Assembly: GCA_903813345.2 (NCBI GenBank)
Contig: CAIIXF020000001.1
Location: forward strand, 310,001 to 374,000
Direction of reading: 5' to 3'
DNA: 64,000 bases
Origin: Owenia fusiformis
Taxonomy: Eukaryota
Shown piece by piece: positions 13,601-25,600 of the stretch. The position numbers and the translations under genes are program-made. Position 1 is the first letter of the stretch. Each line of letters opens with the position of its first letter. The notes under the pieces are model-generated. The model made no database searches. It was not told where the DNA came from and saw only the letters and a list, made by a program, of their open reading frames with translations.

Positions 13601-16600
13601 CTGGTGCCTTCATTACTTCCAATGCTATTGATGTTGGAGAAAAGGAATTTCATGTCGCTTTACAATTACAACAAGATACAATTTTGAGTACTTTTATAAT
13701 GAAATCAGACTTTCAGTGGTTTCGTTTCTTTATTTTGAGATGAAATTGGCATGTCATGTTTGGCATCATTTTAAAATTGTTATTCAAGTGCTAATAATTC
13801 TTACCTTTGAAGAGTATTGAGAATCCTTTAGCTGAAGCTGATGTTGCCGTACTGACCAACTCCACACATATACCTTCAGTGTCAGTGGGATAGATATACT
13901 CTGGTACTTTCTTAAATGATCCTTGGTACGTTTTAAGTAAATCATCAAATATGAATCCCTCTTTATCACAATCAATGTTATCATACACATTTACTTTATC
14001 ACCAGGGTTAAGCTCCATCTCTTCAATTGTGAGCTTAAACCTCTGATCATCAGAAGCTATGATCTTCCATTGGCAGGTTTTCTTGCCAGGGTATGGGTTG
14101 GGGTAGTTCTCAGACCTGATGTAGCCATTGTCCACTTTAGTGTTGATGCCACAAGAGCCAAGGATTGAGGGAGTGGTTATTGGGGTTGCTGTTGTTGGAG
14201 CTGTTACAGCTGAAATTTGTAGAGATAACATATCAGAGATTGTTTAGTTCATTATTTGTAATGTTTTCAAAGATGATACCTAAAGCACATTTCATTCAGT
14301 ATTTGCATACGTCCAGTGAGTAAACATTATGTACAACGCAATATAATAGTTGACCATGTCAAAATCTCAAAATATTTTCAGAATATCATTCTTAACATCT
14401 TAGCAGAGAAATACAGACAATTTACAACTATATTTCAATAATTCAACAAAATACATATTTATTGTTTTGGAGTATCTACAAATTTCCCAATTTTAACAAC
14501 ATATTTTTTTAGGTATACGGGGATTATTAGAATGAAGTGAATGATTTAACTTACAAGTACAAGCAGTTATCTTGGTATCCCAAGTTCCCCCAATCTCACA
14601 GGTAAGCACCAGAGTTGGTTTGCCATTGATGTTGAAGCCACTGTCACATGTAATAGTCGCAGTCTGGAATGGGTTGTAGCCTTCAACTTTGATCTTACCA
14701 TTTGGGATGTTCTTCAATGGACCTGGACACTTTGCCGCTGAATAAAAATAGTTCAGTTTCTTTTGATACAGGGTGTTCATGAAATAAAGATAACAATGTC
14801 ACAACTTTTTTATTTGTTCATGGATTTCAATGAAATTTGCGGGATCATAGTTTTAACATATTTAGTTTTACTATTGTAGTTTCAGCTACAAGCGACACTG
14901 TGAAAAAAGCCAAATATAGTTTGTACTATAGCAAACTATTTTTTAGAATAACCCCCATATAGTTTGAATTTCACCTGAAATATGGGCGAGAATAGTTTCT
15001 CCCATATTCCTAAAAACGGAACACTTTCATATAAGTCCTGATATACTCTCCGATACGCCCATATAAACTAAAATAAGTTGCATATATCATTGCAGAGTGT
15101 ATATCTTTACTGAACTATTTTCCACTTATACGCCTCAAAATAGGAATCAAACCTACTATATGCGGTTTAAAACAACTTATATTAAATAAAAACAGACTAT
15201 ATCAAACTATACTTGACTTATTCTCCTCTTATTCTACCTCAAAACAAACTATACGTGTCTTATACGCGATATTACGTAATAGCTTCAGTTCCCGAGTTTG
15301 TTGTTTTAACAGATTAAAAGCAAAGTCCAGCATTGAATGTATTTTGTTTTCAATGCTAATTAATTCGCTTGTTCAGATTAATCTGGTCATTTCTATAACT
15401 GAGGGTTCTAATTTCCATCAAAAAGTCATTTATAAATTAAGCTTTTTACTTTTACTAAATTGGACAATGACAGTCGAATTATAATTAACAGCGTGTTAAA
15501 TTTTGGATTCATTTCATTAAGTCTGTGGAAAGTTACATTTTTCAATTCACTTGGTATTGAAGTAAAAATAATATAGAATAAAATGTTTAATATAGTTGCA
15601 ATAAGAGAGAATCGTAGAGAATATCTTTCCTGTATGGTAGGCAGTTATTTCCTGTATTATAGCGGAATAAGATATAATAACTATTTTTAAAAATTAATTT
15701 TTCTTTAATAATATTATTTGTGTATTATTTGAAGGGAACAACATATAATGCCATATAATATAGAATAATATTCTAATCAGGAGCAAATAATATGTTGGCA
15801 TTTGCAATCAAAACCGGATTATATGCGTTTATTTTTGAGCCGTTAATCCCTAAGTATTCCATTCCTATGAAATGAGTTTCATGCACACTAATTAATCCTT
15901 TTGTTAGGATTAATTTCTACAGATGATGGTTCTTATTCTCAAAAAATTATTTGCAAATTAAGTTTTTACATATGTATTTGATTGTATAATGTCCCTCGAG
16001 TTATGATTAAGATTGTGTTAAATTTGGGATTCAATCGATCAATCCATTGGAAAGTTAATTTTTTATTCTTAATTAATGAGTTTTCCTCACATTTTTACTC
16101 TATTGTTTCTTTGTCACATCAGGTTTACAACAAACAACAATAAATCCCCCTCTTACACAGGTACGAACAATCACCTGTACTTTTCACTTTGCCAACCAAA
16201 AACAGTCATGACACAGAACTGCTCAATATTCAATTAATATATTACGCATTTTATACAAGCCCATACCTAAGGACCCCCTTCCCCTGGCCAACAATTCTTT
16301 AAAGAAATGCAGTTTTCACCATTCACATACATGTATTGACATGTCAGAGCAATGTAATTAGTAAAACTTTAATCCATAAGTATATCAATTTTTATGAATT
16401 GGGTTTTGTTCACCCTGATAAATAATCTGTTTGTTAGAGTTAATGGATTAATTTCTACAGCCTATGGCTCTTATTTCCACAAAAAATACAAAGTAAGTTT
16501 TTCATATTTATTTGATTGTATAGTGTACTTCTTGCTATGATTAATATTGTGTTAAAATTTGGATTCAATCGATTAACTCATTGGGAAGTAATTTCTTGAT

Positions 16601-19600
16601 TTTTAATTATGGGGTTTCCTCACAATTTAACTCCATTGTTTCTCTGTAACATTAAGTTTAATACAACAAACAACATTTAAAGCCCTCTCTTACACAGACA
16701 CAAACAAACACCACTATTCACTTCGCAAACCACACAAAAAGTTTATAACGCAAAATTGCAAAAATATTCAGCTCAATACATTACGCATTTGATACAGGTC
16801 ATGGGGCGGGGGGGGGGGGGGGGGGGGGGGGGGTCGTTGGGGTCATGTGAATCCCCCACCCCCTTGCCAAGATTCTTTCAAAATCATACAGTTTTCACCA
16901 ATCTGAGCACTGTCAAGTGATTTTTGGCCAACACTATCAATTTTGACCCCCTTGGTACGTTGTTTTGAAAATTGACCCCCTGAGCTCAAACTTATTACGA
17001 GCCTGTAATATACCAGAAATATTGCTCAGATTTCATCTGACAAATCACTTATAATAAATTAGGAAATAACATGCATTATGTAAATGATACAAGTAGTATT
17101 AAGCCATATTAAACAAAGTTAAAACTTGTATTCTTTCACATTTCACAATTCATGTGTTTTCTGTTATCCATATGATATCTGAGACAAACACTCGTGATAA
17201 ACAACAGAGATTAGCCCGTGCAATACAATTGTTTCTATTAGAATTGGACGATTTCTGTTTATAACAGCTGGTTTTATTAATCATTCTTTGTTTTCCGTTT
17301 CAATATATACATATACAAAAGGTGCAAGATTCGGTATGTTTAATTGATAATGTAATAATGCAAATAAAGAAACGGGCGCATTTCACATTTATTGCAAATG
17401 TTTCATCTGACAAATTGATGATTATGTTTTGAGTAAATTGGTGCATGGAAGAACAAACTGATGCAAATAACATACAGTATGGACATACAGCTATGTCAGA
17501 GCAATATGATAAGTAAGACTTTAATCCCTAATTATTCAATTTCTATAAAATGAGTTTCGTTAACACTGATAACTCATCTGTTATTAATTTCCTACAGCCA
17601 ACGATTCTAAGTTCCACAAAAAATAATTTGCAAATTAAGTTTTTTATATTTATTTGATTGTATATTATCCCGGGGATAATATACAATCAAATAAATATAA
17701 AAAACTTAATTTGCAAATTATTTTTTGACCCCTATGTTATGATTAACATTGTGTTAAAATTTGGATTCAATCGATCAATTCATTGGAAAAATAATTTTTT
17801 AATTCTTAATTAATAAGTTTTCCTCACATGTTTACTCTATTGTTTCTCTGTCACACCAAGGTTACAATAAAAGACATTTAAATCCCCCTCTTATATTACA
17901 CAGGCACAACCACCTGTATTCACTTTGTCAGCCACACAGAAATGCTCAATATTCAACTAAATACACATTATGCATTTTATACAGGCCCGCACCTAGCGAC
18001 CCATCCCCTTGGCCAACAATTCTTTCAAGATCATGCAGTTTTTCACCATCTCGTACATGTATTGACATGTCAGAGCAATATAAATAAATCTTTAATCCCC
18101 AAGTATTTAATTTCTTATGACATGAGTTTTGTTCACTGATAACTAATCCGTTTGTTATGAGTTAAAGGATTAATATCTACAGCCGATGGTTCCACAGAAA
18201 AATAATTTGCAAATTAAGTTTTTCTAATTTATTTGATTCTTTAGTGTCCCTCTTGCTATGATTAATATTGTGTTAAAATTTGGAATTAATCGATTCACTC
18301 ATTCAAAAGTTAATTTTTTAAGTTTTAATAAATGACTTTTCTTCACCTTTAATCCACAGTTATTACCCAAATGTTGAAAGAAACAGTGAAAGGTTAAACT
18401 AGGCTCATGAGTATGTTTCAATTTGAGACATAGTATGTGATGTGCTCCAGGTACATCAGTATATTAAAAAGTTCAATTTGGCGCATTAGTATAGTTCAAT
18501 TTGGCGCATTATTTATGATGTTCAAAGTACATCCTTACAGTGAAAGATTAAACTTGGCTCATGAGTATGTTTCAATTTGGGGCATAGTATGTCCTGTGCT
18601 CCAAGTACATCAGTATTTTAAAAAGTTCAATTTGGCGCATTAGTATATATCAATTTGGCGCGCTATTTATTATGTTCAAAGTTCATCCTTGTATTGAAAG
18701 GTTAAACTTGGCTTATGAGTAGGTTTCAATTTGGGAATAGTCTGTGACATGCTCTAAGTTCATCAGTATATTGAAAAGTTCAATTTGGCGCATTGGTATA
18801 GTTCAATTTGGCGCGTTATTTATGATGTTCAAAATACATCATTATATTGAAAGGTTAAACTTGGCTCATGAGTATGTTTCAATTTGGGACATAGTATGCT
18901 ATATGCTCTAAGTTCGTCAGTTTATTAAAAAGTTCAATTTGACGCATTATTCATGATGTTCCACAAAGTACATCCTTACATTGAAAGGTTAAACTTGGCT
19001 CATGAGTATGTTTCAATGGGACATAGTATGTGATGTGCTCCAAGTTCATCAGTATATTAAAAAGTTCAATTTGGCGCATTACCATAGTTCATTATGATGT
19101 TCAAAGTACATCCTTACATTGAAAGGTTAAACTTGGCTCATGAGTATGTTTCAATGGGACATAGTATGTGATGTGCTCCAAGTTCATCAATATATTAAAA
19201 AGTTCAATTTGGCGCATTATCATAGTTCAATTTGGCGCGTCATTTATGATGTTCAAAGTACATCCTTACATTGCAAGGTTAAACTTGGCTCATGAGTATG
19301 TTTCAATTTGGGACATAGTATATGATGTGCTGTAAGTTCATCAGTATATTAAAAAGTTCAATTTGGCGCATTAGTATAGTTCAATTTGGCGCATTATTTA
19401 TGATGTTCAAAGTACATCCTTACATTGAAAGGTTAAACTTGGCTCATGAGTATGTTTCAATTTGGGACATAGTATGTGATGTGCTCCAAGTACATCAGTA
19501 TATTAAAAGTTCAATTTGGCGCATTAGTATAGTTCAATTTGGCGCATTATTTATAATGTTCAAAGTACATCCTTACAATAGAAGGTTAAACTTGGCTCAT

Positions 19601-22600
19601 GAGTATGTTTCAATTTGGGATATAGTATGTGATGTGCTTCAAGTACCTTAGTATATTGAAAAGTTCAATTTGGCGCATTAGTATTGTTCAGTTTGGCGCA
19701 TTATTTATAATGTTCAAAGTACATCCTTACATTGAAAGGTTAAACTTGGCTCATGAGTATGTTTCAATTTGGGACATAGTATGTGAAGTGCTCTGACTTC
19801 ATCAATATATTAATAAAAAGCTCAATTTGGCGCATTAGTGTAGTTCAATTTGGCGCATTATTTATGATGTTCAAAGTAAATCCTCACATTGAAAGGTTGA
19901 ACTTGGCTCATGAGAGTATGTTTCAATTTTGGACATAGTATGTGATGTGCTCCAAGTACATCAGTATTTTAAAAAGTTCAATTTGTCGCATTAGTATTTA
20001 TCAATTTGGCGCATTTTTTATGATGTTCAAAGTCCATCCTTACATTGAACGGTTAAACTTGGCTCATGAGTATGTTCCAATTTGGGACTCAGCATATGAT
20101 GTGCTCTCAGTTCAATAGTATATTCAAAAGTTCAATTTGGCGTGTTAGCATAGTTCAATTTGGCGCATTATGAACATCATAAATAATGCGCCAAATTGAA
20201 CTATACTAATGCGCCAAATTGAACCTTTTAATATACTGATGAACCTACAGCACATCACATACTATGTCTCAAATTGAAACATACTCAGGAGCCAAGTTTA
20301 ACCTTTTTAACCATTTTATTCATGATATTGTAAAATATTATAACTACTGTATGCTATGTAATTGACAAATATATTGAAATATATGCATATTTTATACTTA
20401 AACTTTGTGTTTTGTTCTGTATCGTTTTGTGAACACTTGTTGATAAGGTTGATCCGTACTATTATATATGTTATAGATTGTACATGTAACCTAATGATTT
20501 GCATACAAAAATAAGTTTTTGTTCAGCGCAATCCCTCATCCTTCATAATATTTAATCCCGGGGATTTTATACCGATTCCTTATTGTATTTCATACATTTG
20601 AATATTGTTTTCTTTTTTAAAATTTAAAATGCATCATCATCATCAACTTCTGCCACATAATTATACAACAATTAATTTTCCTCCAGATGGCTTCACTCTA
20701 AACCTCCGAACCCCCTCCCTGACTAGGGGTCTAATTTGTCATAGGAAAGTCAGGATTGTCTCAATTTAAAACTGACAAAGAACAAAGATATCACGATACG
20801 CTTTACCTCATTTTAATTTAAATACACCGAAATTGCTGCTGATTTTTGGTAAGACTAAAAACAAACTTCAAATTAATACGCGCTTATTTTACTCAAAATG
20901 GAGAATAAATAATTTACCGATTTATATTTGAAATATACCCAAATTTTTTATTCCACTTTTTGTATTGACTTACATTTTTAAAATTCATTTAAAGTTCATC
21001 TAAAATCATATACTTCAACATCATAAAATTTTAAATGAGATCTCAGACATTAAGTTTGATTAAGCTTTCTCAAGTGAAATGCATGATTTTATTTGTTTAC
21101 ATTAGCGCTTAATTGAAAAATAAAATAGGATTAACTCCAAGCAAATTAAGGCACATCAAAGAATATATAGCCTCGCGTATAAGAGGCGTATAGTTTGTTT
21201 TTGGATTACGTAATACATACTATACTCATCTTTTCTATGTACTTATATCCTACTATTCCTGGCTCTTAAGAATAATCGGAGAATAGTTCAAACGATATTT
21301 AGTATCGTAGAGTATATACCACCAATACTAAATGTTCCGATTCTGAGGCAAGAATAGTTTGTTTCCCATACCGAATACAATATAGTGAGGACATACTGAA
21401 CTATATTCACAAATAGTTTGCCACTTATACGCTACCATATTTGGCTTTTTGCACAGTGCGATTTGATTGGTTGATTCTGTTGTTGTCACAGCAAAGTGAG
21501 TAGCGCAAAGGCGGGGCAGGTGGAGTAACTGCACTTATTTTTGCATGTTTCAATTATTTTAAAAAGAGATTGTATCATGTTTATTACTCAAACTGGACAC
21601 TGAAACATCTTTATAACTATGAGCTCGAAATACTTTGCCAATTAATCAATTCATTCTACATAATTTCATCAATTTTGAACAAATAATCTGTGCCTCCTGA
21701 CCCATTTTTCAAATATTCTACTGAATCCATCCTGACTCATTTCCAAGTTTCTTGAACATGGCAGTCGCTCACTATTCAATTCTACTTTGCGAAGGCACCA
21801 TTTTGAAATTTGAAATAAAATGGACTGTGACTGATTGGTATTAACCAATGTCAAACAGAAAAAAATCCTGGAAAATCCCATTGAATATCATCAAATCTCA
21901 CAACCACCTAGAAAAATCTTTTTGACCATTTTTACCAGGCCAAATCTAAAGTCAGATTTGAATTTCTGAGAACTTGTGGATGATTTTGAGAGAAAAGTAA
22001 GCCAATTTCAAGCAAGTTGAAAAAATACCTTTTTGACCTGTTTTGACCTTGAGAAGGTCATTGAAGGTCAAATCTATAGTCAGAGTTGAACTTCTGAGAA
22101 CTTGTAGATGATTTTGAAAAAAATTAACAATGATGCTTTATACAACAAATTTGGTCAATTTAAAGCAAGTTGAAAAAATAACTTTTTGACCTTTCTTGAC
22201 CTTGAGAGGGTCATTGAAGGTCAAATCTATAGACAGATTGGAACTTCTGAGAACTCGTAGATGATTTGAAGAAAAGATTAGGACAAATTGAAAAAATACC
22301 TTTTTGATCCTTTTTTAACCTTTTTGACCTTCTGAAGGTCATTGAAGGTCAAATCTTAAATCAGCTATGAACTTCTGAAAACTTATAGATGATTTTGAAA
22401 AGAAATTGAAGTCAGTCTAAACAGTATTTGATATTCTTAAACATGTTCTTCAGGTTGGATAATCAAATCACAAAAACTTCTTTTTTAGGTTGTGAAAAGA
22501 AAAAATTTTTTTTGAAGTATTTGATATGTTATTGGAAGTTGTACGAATTTGTTACAGACGACACCTGCCAATCTTAAACCTTTTTTGACCTTGAAAAGGT

Positions 22601-25600
22601 CAATGAAGGTCAAATCTTAAATCTAAAGTCAGATTTGAACTTCTGAAAACTTGTAGTGATTTTGAAAAAATTGAAGTCAGTCTAAACAGTATTTGATAAG
22701 TTATTCCAAGTTAAGAATTTGATACAGACGCAAACCATCAACCGCTGTCACAAAAAATGAAGACCATAACAATATGTCACCACTTTTTGGTGGTGGCATA
22801 ACAATAGAAGAATGTTGTTACTGAGATGCACCAGTAAAGCTGCAATAATGGGAGTCAAAATATGTTAACCATGCCAAATATTACACTTGCCACTTGCACC
22901 GCCTAGCATTACTCATGTTTCTGTGACAAACACAGAATTGACCAAGTCCAATTGATCCAAGTTGTGTCTCTTTGTGCTATTTTATACAGCATGGGCTAGA
23001 ATGTTGTTGGCTATTTTAGTTGCATTCAATCTTATAGAGAATGTATACTCATGCATAATTCCAATGCAATGAACCTACCTCTACATATAGGTGGCGCACC
23101 AGACCACTTGCCATCAGCCCCACATGTGCGGACCTTAGAGCCACTAATGGCTTCACCTGGGAATGCACATGTGTAGGTAGCTGTGTCGCCATACTGAGTT
23201 CCAGTAGTTGTCACATCAGTATCAAAATTGGCATCTGGCTCAGGACATTTTACTCCTAATAAAATAAGAGATAACATCATTAACAATTTCCCTTGCAAAG
23301 AAGGATAAAAACTATTATAACAGATTTGGGTTTATTACAGTAACAATGACATGCAGTGTAATACTTTTTCTGGATTGACTAGAAACCACTATTCAGATAG
23401 AACTTTGGATTTTAGAATTAGCATGATATATCTAATTTAGCATATGATACACACACAGGGCATATTATCATATGTTGGATTATATGTTTGGAAGCTACAT
23501 TAAGTAGAAGATTCAGGTTGATACATACTGACACACAGAGGGCATATATATGCTCGTTTGTAGGATTATATGCTTGGAAACTACATTAAGTAGAAGATTC
23601 AGGTTGATACATACTGACACACACAGGAGCCTCAGGAGTCCAGTTGCCTTTGAAATCACATGACCTGGTCTCACTGCCAGTGAGTGTGTAGCCGAGATTA
23701 CATCTGTAGGTGGCAACATTACCAAATCTATTGCCATCTATGGTCACTGAGCCTCCATCAATTTTTGGAGGCTGGGGGCATTGTGCCGCTAAAATAATGT
23801 TTTAAAATCAATGAAGAACTATTCAAGATGTACGTACAGCTTATCATATTCACAATTAGTTGGCTAAAGTATTGACATAAACAAGAAGTCCTATAGTTCA
23901 AGATCCATTTGGACCTCAATCATGCAATATATTAAAAATTATGAAGTTCACAAGTAAAGTGGATTGGAGTTTTTACTTATTACGGTCTGATGGCATTATC
24001 TACTTACGCAAACACTTAGTTTCCTGGCCACTCCATTTACCAGGAGACTGGCAGATTCTGCTGGATTGCCCACTGAGGGTGAAACCATCATTGCAGACAA
24101 AGTTAATTGTTGCTCCTAATTTAAAGTTATTGCCAAGTTTCTCTCCATTGACAGGGTCTCCAGGGTTACCACAGCCAGCACTAGCAGGCACTCCTGGTGG
24201 AAATCAAATGTTCACTCAAATTAACATGTTGGCATAGATATTGATATATCTTTTATTTAAAACCCCATCCAATGTGGCAAAATTTACCAAAAAATATAGT
24301 ATATTGATTAACATTAATTGTACTAAATCGTAAAATAATTTATAGCAAAATGGGATCTTTTTGACAAGCTTAAACAAGGCATTGACATGACAAAATGTCA
24401 CCACCTAGTTGCTCACAATATTGTAAGTTCAATCTCAATTCAGATTTGAATTTCTGAGAACTTGTACAGTAGATGATTTTGAAAAAAGGTCAATTTGAAG
24501 CAAGTTCAAAAACAACCTTTTTTCCCTTTTTGACTCTTTTCTGACCTTACAAAGGTCACTGAAGGTCAAAATCTAAGTACAAAGTCAGATTTGAACTTCT
24601 GAAAACTTGTAAATGATTTTGAAAAAATGAAGTCAGTCTAAACAGTATTTGTTAAGTAATTGAAAGTTGTAAGAATTTGATACAGATGCCAACCCCTGAT
24701 CGCCAACCGCCGATCGCTGTCACAAAAAAACAAAGACCATAAAAACACTGTTTGGTGCCGATATAAAAATATATATATAAATTATTGTGACTCATTATTT
24801 ACCATTGCATACAGGAGCAACTCCACTCCAGCTGAGGTCTTTCTGGCAAGTCCTTATGTTTGTGCCAAGTAAGGTGCCAGAGTTGCACTTGTATGTGACA
24901 GTACCTCCAACTTTCTTGCTCTGTATGGTTGCTATGGCTCCTGGGGGACTAGATGGTTCTCCACATGCGGACACTAGCAAAGAGAAATAAAAAAATGATT
25001 TCAAATAAAAGCAGTGAATTTAATTTATTCTCAGGGAAGAGATGAAGAAAACATGATTTTAACAAAAGTGTACGATAGCATTTATATAGTATTAGTCCAA
25101 TCAATGAATAATCTATCCCATCTGAGGACAACAAATAAGTCCAACTATTCTTGGTTCTAGAATCCTAATAGTCTAAGAAAAAGTGTGACTCCAGTGTTTC
25201 TCATTTCTTTAACTGAATCATTCTAAGAGCAACAATGTGATTCAATCTTAAACCAATAGTTTAGTTGCATTCCAAGAGTTGCAATATTCTAAGATCTTAA
25301 TTCGCTTATTCCAAGTTCCTCATTCCATTGTATTATTGAAAAATGTATTCATAACATCGTTCACTACACAGATCATTGTTATTGTTACTTACCCTCGCAT
25401 TCTTCCAAAGATCCACGCCATTTCATGGTGACTCTATCACAGAGCACAATGTTTTCCATTGCTCCATCAGAGAATTTGTAACCTGCAGAGCAGACAAACC
25501 TGGCTACAAAGCCACTTGGGTAGGCAGCTGCTTTGTTCACTTGTTTGCCATTGACAAGAGTAGGAAGTCCAGCAGAAGGACAACCAGTAGCTGAAAAACA

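Larger units (their letters stand above)
14896..21458. mobile_element. Non-autonomous CACTA/EnSpm-like DNA transposon, ~6.6 kb
   Basis: TIR CACTGTG(A/C)AAAAAGCCAAATAT at both ends; 3-bp TSD CGA (14893-14895, 21459-21461); no transposase ORF; internal repeats. Confidence 0.75.

Noticed and set aside
14896-21458. CACTGTG/CACAGTG ends as RSS heptamers of a RAG-like transposon
   Set aside because: TSD is 3 bp (CGA), not 5 bp, and the A-run follows immediately with no 12/23 spacer; CACTA-like fits better
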